Shown in pieces: positions 31,301-41,060 of a DNA stretch of 64,000 bases. The position numbers and the translations under genes are program-made. The stretch covers positions 13,606 through 77,605 of IMG/VR virus record IMGVR_UViG_3300032240_002575. One strand, 5' to 3'. Numbering within the stretch: the first letter of the stretch is position 1; each line of letters opens with the position of its first letter. Source of the stretch: a virus. The notes below the pieces were generated by a model. The model was not told where the DNA came from and searched no databases. It saw only the letters and a program-made list of their open reading frames with translations.

Positions 31301-33348
31301 GGTTCAGGTCTTCCAATAAAATCATTTCCTTGCCAATTTGCGGAAACACTTTCTGAAAATTTCAAATCATACGGTGGAAACCACATAACTCTACCTCCGT
31401 TTGGTCCTCTTTCACAAACAGGTAAATCACCTACAGAATAACCAGGTGTGTTTGAAGTTCTCCAAGCCAAATTTTCTAAAGAAAACATGTACTTTTTTGC
31501 TTTGGCATTATTATAACTTCCAATTAAGTTGGTGGAATCTTGTCCACCTTCTTGTTTGTTAGGCGCAATGTTAAGATTATATGTTTTATCTAAAACCGAG
31601 TATGAGAATCTCCTTCCCTCTGTTACTATACCATCTTGTTTTTGTAAGTCATTGTATTGAAGATATGGTATATCTTTAGCAAAAACCCTACAATACTCTG
31701 TCCCCACTTCTTGTCCGATACTTCCAGTGTATCGTAGAACCCTAGAACCTTTTGTTAATTCTTTGTACCCATCATTGAAAACTTTACTTACTTGGTCAAT
31801 CGCATTACCTACGTGTTGTAGTCTTTTACCACCTTGTGGTTGGCTATCAATTATTCTTTGTGTTTTATCAAGTATTGAACCTTGTTTGAATGTTCTTTCG
31901 GTTGATTCTGTTGAATTGTAAGATGATGGTTTGAAATCAGCATCCTGATTAGTTATTTCACCACCAATACCAACTTTTTTTCCGGCATTACCTTTGTATT
32001 TTGGAGATACCCATGTGAATCCACCTTCGATACCACCACCATCACTGTAAGTTGGTCCGTTAGCACCTAAACGTATATCTTTACTTGGTCCTTCATATAG
32101 TTGAGCTAATTCAGAAGGCCCATAAACAGGTGTTTGTTGTTCGTTACCAAACGGGTCAACTGGAAGTGCTCTACTTGGTGAAAATACTCTTGATGGGTCA
32201 GATGTATCCGAACCCACATAAAAATTAGAATTGTTAGTTTGGGTTCCAACAACCACACCACCAAGTCTGTCTAATAAAGTTCTATCGTAGTTTGGTTTAT
32301 ATCTATTGTAATTTATGTTTTTCCACAATATAGATTTTTGACCCGCACCCGTGTTGTTATAAAAAATTTGAGTACCAGTTTTTCCCGCACCCAACAGATT
32401 ACTTACAAAATTACCAACAGCAGCAATCGGGTTTGCAATTAAAGATTGTGCAATTGTTGATGGTGTTGGTGGGTTGATGTTTGGGTCAAAGTACGAACCG
32501 GGTATTAATGAAAATGGAACTATACTACCTTCTAATCTCAACAAGAAATCCGCAGATGCTGTTAAAGGATTTGACGGTACCGTAATTTGATAATTTGGTT
32601 CAATTAACGGTACCCTTCCCGTTAATATATTTGTTAAGTTTGTACTACTATTAATGTTTAATATGTTCGCACGACCTATAGTTTCCCTAATAATAGCTCT
32701 ACCGATACGGTCTTCAAACTCTTTCTTAAGAGTTTTGGCACCCAAACGTGCAATGAATGAATCTGAACTTAATAAACCATCACTTCCTTGTGGGTCTGGA
32801 TTTAATAAAATCGACGAAGGTGTGTAAGTTGATGGTACAAATATTGACGGATATGGTTGATTGTTGTATAACTGTCTAGCGCCGCCAGGTATAGCATTTG
32901 ATATACTTTGTGGGGTTGTGATAAAAACTCCGGCATCATATTGTTGTAGTCCTCCACTACCAAATGCATTCAGTGGTTGCCACGGTGGTGAGATTGTCCC
33001 AAAACCTTGTTTTGCGGCAATTTGAGCCTCGTCTATCAAGTGTGCGTTTTGTTGTCCTGGTCCGTATTCACCTTGGTTTGAAACGTTATTATTCAGACCG
33101 GTTGGGTCAATTACTTGTTGGTATCCCCCGTTTGCGCCCCATTCATTTAATGGATATAAATTATTTGCAAATATTGGGCTGTCAATCAAACTATCAGGAC
33201 TGTCAACTACAGAATAGTCAGATTGTGTTACTTCGTAGGTAATTGGTGGCGTAGCAGGGTTTGGAGATTTAGCATAAGGTACTAAATTCCTTGTTATAAG
33301 TTTTTTTCTAAAAACTTCACTACTGATATAATCTAAAGGACTACCCAT
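28348..33348 (-). CDS. Large baseplate/tube-initiator-like protein with an inserted OmpA-like domain
   Basis: 1666 aa. The segments FSESVSANW...FIGRPEPIYTYKNT.R.G.L and PPVLILRVGDFYNTKII..SLS.SY are tube-initiator-like and flank YFDND...YNKKLASRR...CRR. Confidence 0.55.
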   Translation of the reverse strand: MGSPLDYISSEVFRKKLITRNLVPYAKSPNPATPPITYEVTQSDYSVVDSPDSLIDSPIFANNLYPLNEWGANGGYQQVIDPTGLNNNVSNQGEYGPGQQNAHLIDEAQIAAKQGFGTISPPWQPLNAFGSGGLQQYDAGVFITTPQSISNAIPGGARQLYNNQPYPSIFVPSTYTPSSILLNPDPQGSDGLLSSDSFIARLGAKTLKKEFEDRIGRAIIRETIGRANILNINSSTNLTNILTGRVPLIEPNYQITVPSNPLTASADFLLRLEGSIVPFSLIPGSYFDPNINPPTPSTIAQSLIANPIAAVGNFVSNLLGAGKTGTQIFYNNTGAGQKSILWKNINYNRYKPNYDRTLLDRLGGVVVGTQTNNSNFYVGSDTSDPSRVFSPSRALPVDPFGNEQQTPVYGPSELAQLYEGPSKDIRLGANGPTYSDGGGIEGGFTWVSPKYKGNAGKKVGIGGEITNQDADFKPSSYNSTESTERTFKQGSILDKTQRIIDSQPQGGKRLQHVGNAIDQVSKVFNDGYKELTKGSRVLRYTGSIGQEVGTEYCRVFAKDIPYLQYNDLQKQDGIVTEGRRFSYSVLDKTYNLNIAPNKQEGGQDSTNLIGSYNNAKAKKYMFSLENLAWRTSNTPGYSVGDLPVCERGPNGGRVMWFPPYDLKFSESVSANWQGNDFIGRPEPIYTYKNTNRTGSLSWKIVVDHPSVLNVIVNKVLGNETNKVRIDSILESFFAGCRKYDLYELAKKYYMISPNDLYDIQQAISSKQLTKEQLEYTVSTLKTDDQLSSDNSIGGAPETTLKSYEQLGFYFDNDIPTKYQVNFGDVYGPYVSQKDYYAKQSPSTATQTSSFFGSVVTANKDKIDGLINEIVKQFTNSQDKEGTITITIDATTSAAAKKDYNKKLASRRIDSAAIYITGNTKVSQYVKEKRLIVVPGKNLGESAQPLSYDEKTKSFFPKGNVTCTDNDDQVSPNKEIYTTNAMACRRAYISSIKSTLKAPNTVLPPKKTTVVTGNVVTKTETKPTTETKIVDRDNISKRVLRALLSECDYFETIKQDTPMVYDNLRDKLRFFQPAFHSITPEGLNSRLTFLQQCMRPGDTIPTIKAINGTPSPDYSNATNTAFGAPPVLILRVGDFYNTKIIPTSLSLSYENLDINPEGIGVQPMIANVTLAFNFVGGSGLKESVDKLQNALTFNYYANTEIYDDRADATDLSYQVIDAEFLKLGASNQAPPTINQSTPNNGQSNDKPIGDVTSNVVSQTGQTGTINYSVFMDKVVGETQNYFTNVLNKSKETVNQYNNAVRQQWMMERTYTDGHFLITKDLPTTLFGKSYNIEKRTNEIFDELVKNIKNGDEGFIQFISQDKLNFSKRLIKQVQENYSNFVKNKRSTFQNGITTIINNMVDVQQSYIGYLGRINTINYPAIADTFTDGYQLKDGKVTSYVLYPTKDIDPTSTGANNTLVEFQNDVIQINTNIKEFNDVVYTPTEFTYTGDKQKYTGIMVFEQSYKFSTSDVFKPFSTSSLYQDKIFRRVYMCVSDDVDSKKYETFKNALIGNIINNNGIIGKGAQNIAEEFNVYWDTIAKPAFVEENNITKEFLDYMEKEKLQKFLKYTPFTLKKKRTFEYTTEGANTDAQQKLIKGLGWIENQNTNNKTWTDENPANVFISKAKLN

Positions 33349-33394
33349 CTATGTTTTCTTAATAAATAGGTTGATGGTTATTTTTTAAGACCAT

Positions 33395-35242
33395 TTATTT
33401 ATGTTTTTCCAACTCTTTCGATTTTTGGGTGAAGTATTCATAAATTTTCTTTTTGAACTCTTCTGACTCAAAATATGTTTTGAATTGTTGTTCACTTACT
33501 CCTGCAGGTGCATCAACTTTAATTGTTATTGTACCTCCAAAGTCAACTTGTGAATTCACTTGAGTTGTTTTGGTTTTGGTGTCCGCTCCTGTTGATGAAG
33601 CACCTTTTCCAAATACGGCGCTTCTTGTTAAAGGTTCCGCTGTTGTGGTTCCTTTAATAGGTGTGGTTTGTTTAGGAACTTTTGTTGCACTTTTGGTTCC
33701 TGTTAAAATTTCTGAAGTATATCTTTTGAATTCTTTTTCTATTTCACTATTACCCGTTATTTTTTTGTTAGTTTCTTGTAAAATATCTTTGAGAGCGTTA
33801 ATTCCCTTTTCACCATATAAGTTAGCTTTACCTCTTATTTGGTCTTCCAAATCAGATATTTTTTTTGTAAAGTCCGCGTCACTTATTTTTCCCATATCTT
33901 TTTTGCTGAACAATTCAACCATCTGTGAAACAGAATTGTTCACACTTTTGGTTATTTCAGAACTTTCAGGAATATTTTTATCAACAGCACCGGTTACCGC
34001 TCTTGTAATTCTTTCTGCACCCACCAGATTTCCTCTTATAATTGAAGAGCCTGCAATACCGAAAGTACCTTTGGCAATGTTTGCATCCAAAGAAGCTTGT
34101 ATGTTTTTTAATACATCTAATTGGCTTTCTTGAATTTCTTCCAAAGTTTGTGGTCCTTCTTCTTGCGCTTTCCTTAATTTTTGAAACTCTTCTTGTGTAA
34201 TGTCAGTCAATTTCTTTTGTTCAAATTCACCCTTTTCGTTTTTAAGTCTGACTGTATATTCACCTTCACTGTTCATTGTAGCCATATTGGCTAAAAATTC
34301 TTTGTCTTCAGGTTTTTCAAATTTTAATGATGGGCTAATTTTAGAAATTCTATTATCTAAATCAGCAGCGGCAAGTGCAGTTTTGGACAGTTCTTTAGCA
34401 CTTATGCCCGTTACATCGGCCATTTCTTTTAACATTAAAATACCCTGTGGGTTAATTTTGAATGTTTTTGTTTTTTCATCGAATTCTGTAAACTGTTTTG
34501 TTGCTTTAATAATACTATCTTGTAATGCTCCAGGGTCATTGATAGCATCATTCATCAAAGAGAATGGGTCAACTAAATTTCCTATGTTGACACCCAATCT
34601 TTGGAAACCCGCAGCTGCCTCTATAGCTTTTTCAGGAGACATAACTTTGTCAGCAAATTCTGCAGTTCTATTCATATCAAATCTCAACATTGATGCTTGA
34701 GCTGCCATTTTAGTTAATCCTTGAACTCCATCGGCAAAATTGAATCTGTTCATCATATCCATATTTTGCACTACGTCTTTTGTCACTACTTTTGCATTCA
34801 ACCCAATACTTTGGACATACTGAATTGACCCTTCTAAATTTTTACCTATCAATGCTGCGTCAATACCTGCACTCTCAAAATTTTCTACTAAAGTGGCGGA
34901 ACTAGTTCCTAAAATTTTGGATGCTGCATAAAGTTTGCTAACTTGTTCTTCGGTTGCAATGACGTTTCGTCTTGCTCCTTCAGAAATTTCTTGCATGGTT
35001 TCACTAACGTTGGTTATATCACCACCTAATCGAATTACACCCGCCGCGGCTTTTGAAACCGCATCGTTCATTTCTTCTAACCTTGTTCTTCCTTGAAGGA
35101 ACGCATTGTTAAGTTTATCGGCCTCACTATACATGTCGCCAATAGCATTCAATATTTCCGTTACAGGTTGACCAAGTTTTTTTATACTTTCTTCAAGGTC
35201 CTTTGCACTACCTCTGTCGTTGGGGTTGTCGTTAACTGCCAT
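33395..35242 (-). CDS. Tape measure-like protein
   Basis: 615 aa, predicted alpha-helical and Ala/Lys/Glu-rich, at the canonical position after the tube and chaperone genes. Confidence 0.55.
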   Translation of the reverse strand: MAVNDNPNDRGSAKDLEESIKKLGQPVTEILNAIGDMYSEADKLNNAFLQGRTRLEEMNDAVSKAAAGVIRLGGDITNVSETMQEISEGARRNVIATEEQVSKLYAASKILGTSSATLVENFESAGIDAALIGKNLEGSIQYVQSIGLNAKVVTKDVVQNMDMMNRFNFADGVQGLTKMAAQASMLRFDMNRTAEFADKVMSPEKAIEAAAGFQRLGVNIGNLVDPFSLMNDAINDPGALQDSIIKATKQFTEFDEKTKTFKINPQGILMLKEMADVTGISAKELSKTALAAADLDNRISKISPSLKFEKPEDKEFLANMATMNSEGEYTVRLKNEKGEFEQKKLTDITQEEFQKLRKAQEEGPQTLEEIQESQLDVLKNIQASLDANIAKGTFGIAGSSIIRGNLVGAERITRAVTGAVDKNIPESSEITKSVNNSVSQMVELFSKKDMGKISDADFTKKISDLEDQIRGKANLYGEKGINALKDILQETNKKITGNSEIEKEFKRYTSEILTGTKSATKVPKQTTPIKGTTTAEPLTRSAVFGKGASSTGADTKTKTTQVNSQVDFGGTITIKVDAPAGVSEQQFKTYFESEEFKKKIYEYFTQKSKELEKHK

Positions 35243-35282
35243 AGTTTACTTTTTCTATATAAATAGAAGAAGGACTAAAAAT

Positions 35283-35438
35283 TTAGTCCTTCCTGTTATC
35301 TTCAATCCATTTATCCAATAAATATTTTCTTACAAAAATCGGCATTTGGACAAAATCTTGATACGTAATTTTCATTAAATTATTCAAATAATAAAACTCA
35401 TCTATTTGACTTTTCCTATAATCAGAAGAAAGGGCGAA
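35283..35438 (-). CDS. Alternative-frame extension of the upstream gp26-like/chaperone gene (candidate frameshift product, 51 aa)
   Basis: Open +1 frame FALSSDYRKSQIDEFYYLNNLMKITYQDFVQMPIFVRKYLLDKWIEDNRKD* begins at TTTTTTCGC and overlaps the upstream stop. Confidence 0.55.
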   Translation of the reverse strand, partial: FALSSDYRKSQIDEFYYLNNLMKITYQDFVQMPIFVRKYLLDKWIEDNRKD

Positions 35439-36165
35439 AAAATTCGACCCCAAACCCAACATTCACTGTTAGTTTTTCTCCAGACGGGGCCATAATAGTT
35501 TTATTCATATCCAATCTTGGTTCGTTTTCATTCATAAAGTTTCGGATGAATTTTGAATCGGAAATTGGCATTGATTCAATAAATTTTGCAATCGTTGCTT
35601 TATCTGTTGAACCATCAACTTCGACCATTTCCTTTTGCATTCTCCATGTAACCTTGGGAACAACCCTTCCTTGAGGGTAAGTTTCCGCCATTTTACTAAT
35701 TTCCATAATTTCACCGTATGTCAATGGTTTCAACTTTATAGTTGATTGACTTTTTGGTAAAGTAACCGTAAACGTACCATCTTCATTTGGTTGTTGTCCA
35801 TTAATAATTGTAAGTTGGTCCAACATTACCGTTGTTTGAAATGTTTTTTTAGTTGCCGGGTCAGTCAAATTTAATGTAATATCAGGACCAAATCCTGTGT
35901 TTCTTAAAAATATCAAAATCGCTTCAACATCGCCCTCAATCAAATCTTCAACTCTGATATCTGGTTCATATATTTTAGCTCTCAACAAATTTAATGTTAA
36001 ATCGTTTGAACCGCCCATGATGATGTTTTCATCTGCGGCTGTTAAATAACCAACTTTTATTGATTTTTTTTTGTTTCTGTAAAAAATACCTTGTGATGGT
36101 AAAGGAACCACATCGTGTGGTAGTGTGAAATTTTGTTGACCGTAGTCATTTGTTTGATTATCCAT
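35422..36165 (-). CDS. Baseplate hub assembly protein / tail assembly chaperone (T4 gp26-like)
   Basis: Motifs VPLPSQG.FY, LTAADENI, GDVEAILIFLRNTGFG and C-terminal FFRP. Located between tube and tape measure genes. Confidence 0.7.
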   Translation of the reverse strand: MDNQTNDYGQQNFTLPHDVVPLPSQGIFYRNKKKSIKVGYLTAADENIIMGGSNDLTLNLLRAKIYEPDIRVEDLIEGDVEAILIFLRNTGFGPDITLNLTDPATKKTFQTTVMLDQLTIINGQQPNEDGTFTVTLPKSQSTIKLKPLTYGEIMEISKMAETYPQGRVVPKVTWRMQKEMVEVDGSTDKATIAKFIESMPISDSKFIRNFMNENEPRLDMNKTIMAPSGEKLTVNVGFGVEFFRPFF

Positions 36166-36174
36166 ATAAAAAAA

Positions 36175-36205
36175 TTAACCGTAAAGTTTATCGCTTTACG
36201 GTTAA
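36175..36205 (-). terminator. Intrinsic terminator after the tail tube gene
   Basis: TTAACCGTAAAG-N7-CTTTACGGTTAA, followed by a T-run on the minus strand. Confidence 0.65.
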
Positions 36206-36237
36206 ATATAATTAGAATTGGTTTTTTGTAAATACTA

Positions 36238-36726
36238 TTAGTATACTAAAACACATCTGTCCATTCTCAATGTTGCAGATATTGTAGCTAACCCGTCAGT
36301 ATTATATGCTAACGAATCAAAGTTAACGTCAGTTAAAAATGTACCATATAAAATCCATTTTTCAACAACAACACCTGTTGGGTCCAACATTTCGAGGTCA
36401 ATATCTTTTTTGTAACCCGCAGCATAACCCATACGACCTGTTACTGATTCAGCATGTAAACGAACCCACTCCATAAGAGCTTGAGCTGCAGAAGGACCAA
36501 TTGGGTCACGAAATTTAACTGGAATTGTTTGCCAAGTAAATCTACCCGCAACGTACGTAGACGTATTCAAAAACGGAATTTCTGTAGCAACAATTTGAAT
36601 GTGTGGTCTAGCCGTTGATTCTACGAACCATTCGTTAATACCCAAACTTGATGGAAACCTTAAGATGAAACGATTCTGTCGTTTCGGTTCGTAAGGTATC
36701 GGCATTTTCATTAATAAATCAGCCAT
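36238..36726 (-). CDS. Tail tube protein (T4 gp19-like)
   Basis: Motifs EPKRQNRF, YVAGRFTW, MEWVRL, YKKDI.LEMLDPTG.VVEKW.L.G.F. 162 aa, near the sheath gene. Confidence 0.85.
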   Translation of the reverse strand: MADLLMKMPIPYEPKRQNRFILRFPSSLGINEWFVESTARPHIQIVATEIPFLNTSTYVAGRFTWQTIPVKFRDPIGPSAAQALMEWVRLHAESVTGRMGYAAGYKKDIDLEMLDPTGVVVEKWILYGTFLTDVNFDSLAYNTDGLATISATLRMDRCVLVY

Positions 36727-36762
36727 GTTATTTTAATTTTTTGTTTCTTTTTTGTTTATAAC

Positions 36763-36770
36763 TATAAATA
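36763..36770 (-). promoter_or_regulatory. TATTTATA leader motif upstream of the tail tube gene
   Basis: Exact copy of the recurrent motif. Confidence 0.5.
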
Positions 36771-36822
36771 TAGCACTATCAAAAAATTTTTCCCTTTACT
36801 TTTTTTTTTGAAAAATTATTCT

Positions 36823-37653
36823 TTATTTATACTCCTTCTTAATGCCTCCAGCAGTAGAATAAGTCTTAACTATATTATCTGGTTTGTTTTTGAAATGTTT
36901 ACTCATTACTTCTACATTCTTTATATCATCATCTGAAAATCCTATAACTGGTCGCTCTGGTATAAATTCATTGGATATTTTATTTTTTATATAAGCTTTT
37001 TTGTGTAGTATTCCGGCTAAACCCTTGATATAAGCAACAAAATCTTCCATTGCTCGAACTTTTGCTTCTTCAGGATTTGTTGCACCTTGTTCGTCACCAA
37101 AAGACACGGGGTGGAATTTACAAAGTTCTAAATAAGACTTTATCAAATCATCATCACTCATATCCTCCTCATCGACAAACGTCCTATACTTTTTTAAGTT
37201 TTTCACTAGTTGTTCTTTGTCTATACCATTGAAACCACTAATGATGTAATTGTACACCGCTTGTTTTATAGTTTCAGGATTGTGTCCTCTAGCTGTGATT
37301 ATTGAAAAAATGGAACCATTGTTGATAGCTTCTCTAAAATCACCAAAAGCAGGACCTTCTTTAGCTCTCATTGAGTCAATTAAAAAATCTTTATCTCCTT
37401 CAGTTCTAAAATTTCTGAAAGGGTTTTCAGCAAATTCTACAATAGTTTCCCCTTTGTATTCAAAAGGTTTTTTTCCAATCTCACTTCTATATTCGGCAAA
37501 GTCATCAGTACTCATACCAATCTCATCACCATTGTCATTTTTTAATATTATTTTTGTCGGCATATGAACAATATTATCATCCCAATCAAAGGCATAATAT
37601 TTCATATCTGGTGTTCCTTCACCCTTAAATCCTTCTTTAAGTTGTCTTTTCAT
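36823..37653 (-). CDS. HAD-superfamily-like protein (possible phosphatase)
   Basis: Motif I YAFDWDDNI, motif II IITARG, a Lys, and motif IV GFSDDD..N. The ATG at 37653 is preferred to the TTG at 37662. Confidence 0.55.
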   Translation of the reverse strand: MKRQLKEGFKGEGTPDMKYYAFDWDDNIVHMPTKIILKNDNGDEIGMSTDDFAEYRSEIGKKPFEYKGETIVEFAENPFRNFRTEGDKDFLIDSMRAKEGPAFGDFREAINNGSIFSIITARGHNPETIKQAVYNYIISGFNGIDKEQLVKNLKKYRTFVDEEDMSDDDLIKSYLELCKFHPVSFGDEQGATNPEEAKVRAMEDFVAYIKGLAGILHKKAYIKNKISNEFIPERPVIGFSDDDIKNVEVMSKHFKNKPDNIVKTYSTAGGIKKEYK

Positions 37654-37697
37654 ATTTGGCAATTAAAGGGGATACCAAAGTACCCCCATTAAATTTA

Positions 37698-40600
37698 TTA
37701 GATGTTTTCAAACGAAGCACCTGTTGGTGTGATAAAGAATTCAATATCGATGAACTCTAAAGCTTTTGTAGGTTTTAAGTATATTTTACCAACCAATCTG
37801 TTAGCATCCAAATCTTCAGGTGTAGAAGATACTGTTACACGGAAATCGTAAAGACCTCTATCTCTTCTGATTGAATCCAAAATTGGATTAACACTATCCA
37901 AGAATTGTTGTCTAACAATTTGGTCGTTTTGTTCGAACAATAATCTTACCGCAACTGCTGAAATCAATTTACGAGCTTGAAGTAATAATCTTCTTACGTT
38001 CAATCTGTTAAGTGCTGTGTCAGCAACTTGTAAAGTTTTGTTACCCCAAATTACAGTTCCAACATCAGAGAACGTTGCGATAGGGTTAATTCTACCTTGA
38101 TATAATGTATCTCTGTCAGTTTGTGTTAGTTTTTGTCTAGCTTTGATAGAATTTACAAGACCTCTTGTGTAACCCGCTGACGCGAACCAAGGGAATGAAA
38201 TGTTATCAGTTAGAGCCAAGTTTCTACAAACTTCACCTGTTGGAGGTAAATAAATTTGTGTATTGTTAACTGTATCACGAACTAATATCCAAGGATAATA
38301 TGTAGCGGTATAGTTAGAGTCAATTCCTGTGTTATCCAAGTTATCAACAGCTTCTTGTGAGTAAATGATATCTTGAGGATTTGTTGAATCTGGTGTGTAC
38401 ATGTTGTAGTCAGGAGTTGTAGCGATATAAACCGAGTCAGCTCTTGAGTATTGTACCATGTCAATTGCCTCTTCAACAAGGTTTGAGTTATTTACATAAT
38501 CAATTGCCGTTGTTGCAAAAACGTTGATGTTAGTTGATTCAGGATTTGCAAATGTTAAGATACCAAGTAAGTAAGCGTAGTAGTCGGTGTTTGCAAAATC
38601 TTGTGTATTATTTTGAACCACAATTCTTTTGAATAAACCATCACCTGTTGCCGTTGGGTATCTTGAGGATGCCGCAGCACCTGCTAAATAACCTGAAGCT
38701 CCTAATTGGAATCTATCTTCATTTGTTCTCCATTCTCTGTAGATATCCCATCCATCAAATCCACCCGCGAAACATACTGTATATTTTCTTGAGTAAATGA
38801 AGTAGTATGGATTTTCTTGAGTTGCAGGGTCTTCTCTGAATTCTGCAACACCACATTCGAATGCTGTTTGTCCACTTGACATAGCAGTATTTGCAATTGT
38901 TACCACAGTTGCACCAGAGTCCATGTGGAAACCTTTACTTAATACGTTCCAAGGTTGACCCTCAACCAATGGATTTGAAATCCAACCTGGAGGGGTTTGT
39001 TTACCTTTGTAAGTTAAGAAAGATTCATCAATTCCAAATTGACTTGAAAAACCTAAATAACTTCTTCTTATGATGTCACCTGCAGATTCTACAGGAGCAC
39101 CTCCAGCATTAGCACCAAATGGAGGATTATAAATTACCTCACCTGGGTAATAATATTTAGTTTTGAATTTTGGATATGGTGAAGGGTAAACATCAAAACT
39201 TTCATATTCTCTTTGAGTGTATCCGTAGAAACCACAAGGTAATGAATCGATAGGATAGTTTGGAGCCATCTCAATCATTATATATTTTGAAATTAACGCA
39301 AACTCACCATTCGAAGAACCAATTTTTTTAGCGACAAAGTTATTTGAAGCCGGGTCCATTGTACAGTTTGTGAATTTTTCAATTACGACAGGATTTGCAT
39401 CTGTATCATAAAAGTTTCTAACCAAAACATCAAATGACATACTGTTGAATGATAAGTTAGCTATTGAAACTTTAATTTCAGTGTTTGCTGAATCTCCGTC
39501 AGAAATTGATATAAATTTGAATAAGTTATATACTTTATTACCTCTCAATTCAGAAACCAAATAAGGAGTTTCAGGTGATTGGTATCTTTCCAAGTTATAC
39601 GCTATTGAAGATGTGTTTTGACTTCTTGCGTCTGGTAAAGCAATTAAATCACATGCTAAACCACGAATATAACCTTGATTGTATGCGTAATCTAAAGAAC
39701 CTTGATAAGCTTCTTCAACAAAGATAGGAGTTTGGAATCTTGACTTACCAAAATTGTCAACACCTAATACTTTTGTAATGTATTTTGCGGAAGACGCTAA
39801 CAAAGATGTTTCAAGAGAAAATACGTTGTTATCTTTAGTAACACCTGACAACAAGAAAGTTGCGTAAGGTGAATTAGTAATTCCTGAATATTGACCTGTA
39901 CAAATTAATTGAAGATTGTTAGGAACCCATGCATTACTATTATTGTAATCAATACCTACTTCATAAACAGGTCCATGATTTATACTTGAACTACTATTAG
40001 AGTATTCTGAAATACCTCTCGAACGTAAAGTTCCAACAACCATGTTGTTAAATTCAGAATAAGCAGTTCCTGTAAATGTATAAGAATTACCAGTAACTGT
40101 ACCTGTAAATGAATTTGAAGCTCCTGAAGTCAAACTTGATACCGCATAGTAAAAAGAATAACCTGTATAATTACCTGTTAAAGAATCATAATTTTGGAAC
40201 TCAAAGTTAGCATAAAACCAAGAGTCATTACTACCAGCAGTCAAATCGTTTTCAAAAAAGTTGTTTTCACAACCAAATGGATTTTTAATTGTTGAATATT
40301 CACCAGTTACTGTAAAGTAATCCGTACTTGGTATTGCTCCGTAAATTACTGCAGTAGTTGCTGAAGTAGAAGGAGAGTCCAATATTCCACCTAAATAATT
40401 GTTAAAGTCAGTTTGTAAAGTTGAAGTACTTCCGTCAAGTAATCTATACTGAACATTCAAATTTGCACTTACTTCAATTGGTAAAGCCCCACTAACAAAA
40501 GTCACTGTGTTTCCAGTTGAGTTTCCTGTGAATGTTGCAGAGAATGGTGTTGCCGATGATGGGTCACCAATAGTTGTTGGGTCTACATTGGCAGTAACAG

Positions 40601-40940
40601 TAAGTGACCATGATGGACCTGCATCATAACCTGACAATCCCAAAACTCTTGTTACAAACAATTGATTTGATTGTTGTAAATATGATTTAGCAATATATGC
40701 AGCTTCATATTTTGGTATTTGAGTGTTATAAAATTTTACGGGTTCGGTCCCACCAAAGTAAGCTTGGAACTCATCATAATTCGTTATGAATACTGGTTCG
40801 AATGCTGGACCCTTAATTGTTTCTCCAACAAGACCTAATGTCGTTACACCCACACTTTGGGCTACGAACGATAAGTCGGTTTCAGATGTGTAAACGCCTG
40901 GTGATACGAATACTTTTTGATTTGCTTGTGCTGTTGCCAT
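37698..40940 (-). CDS. Tail sheath protein (gp18-like)
   Basis: Motifs SPGVYTSETDLS, GPAFEP, PWFASAGYTRG, LYQGRINPI, WGNKTL, LNVRRLL and KPTKALEFI. Confidence 0.93.
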   Translation of the reverse strand: MATAQANQKVFVSPGVYTSETDLSFVAQSVGVTTLGLVGETIKGPAFEPVFITNYDEFQAYFGGTEPVKFYNTQIPKYEAAYIAKSYLQQSNQLFVTRVLGLSGYDAGPSWSLTVTANVDPTTIGDPSSATPFSATFTGNSTGNTVTFVSGALPIEVSANLNVQYRLLDGSTSTLQTDFNNYLGGILDSPSTSATTAVIYGAIPSTDYFTVTGEYSTIKNPFGCENNFFENDLTAGSNDSWFYANFEFQNYDSLTGNYTGYSFYYAVSSLTSGASNSFTGTVTGNSYTFTGTAYSEFNNMVVGTLRSRGISEYSNSSSSINHGPVYEVGIDYNNSNAWVPNNLQLICTGQYSGITNSPYATFLLSGVTKDNNVFSLETSLLASSAKYITKVLGVDNFGKSRFQTPIFVEEAYQGSLDYAYNQGYIRGLACDLIALPDARSQNTSSIAYNLERYQSPETPYLVSELRGNKVYNLFKFISISDGDSANTEIKVSIANLSFNSMSFDVLVRNFYDTDANPVVIEKFTNCTMDPASNNFVAKKIGSSNGEFALISKYIMIEMAPNYPIDSLPCGFYGYTQREYESFDVYPSPYPKFKTKYYYPGEVIYNPPFGANAGGAPVESAGDIIRRSYLGFSSQFGIDESFLTYKGKQTPPGWISNPLVEGQPWNVLSKGFHMDSGATVVTIANTAMSSGQTAFECGVAEFREDPATQENPYYFIYSRKYTVCFAGGFDGWDIYREWRTNEDRFQLGASGYLAGAAASSRYPTATGDGLFKRIVVQNNTQDFANTDYYAYLLGILTFANPESTNINVFATTAIDYVNNSNLVEEAIDMVQYSRADSVYIATTPDYNMYTPDSTNPQDIIYSQEAVDNLDNTGIDSNYTATYYPWILVRDTVNNTQIYLPPTGEVCRNLALTDNISFPWFASAGYTRGLVNSIKARQKLTQTDRDTLYQGRINPIATFSDVGTVIWGNKTLQVADTALNRLNVRRLLLQARKLISAVAVRLLFEQNDQIVRQQFLDSVNPILDSIRRDRGLYDFRVTVSSTPEDLDANRLVGKIYLKPTKALEFIDIEFFITPTGASFENI

Positions 40941-41060
40941 TATTAAATTATTCTGTTACAGATTTATTTTATTGATAAATATTAGATATTATATGAAAAA
41001 ACTTTACTTTTACATAAGTATTTATAAACGGTAGGAATATTTTCTGCCTTTTTTCATACC

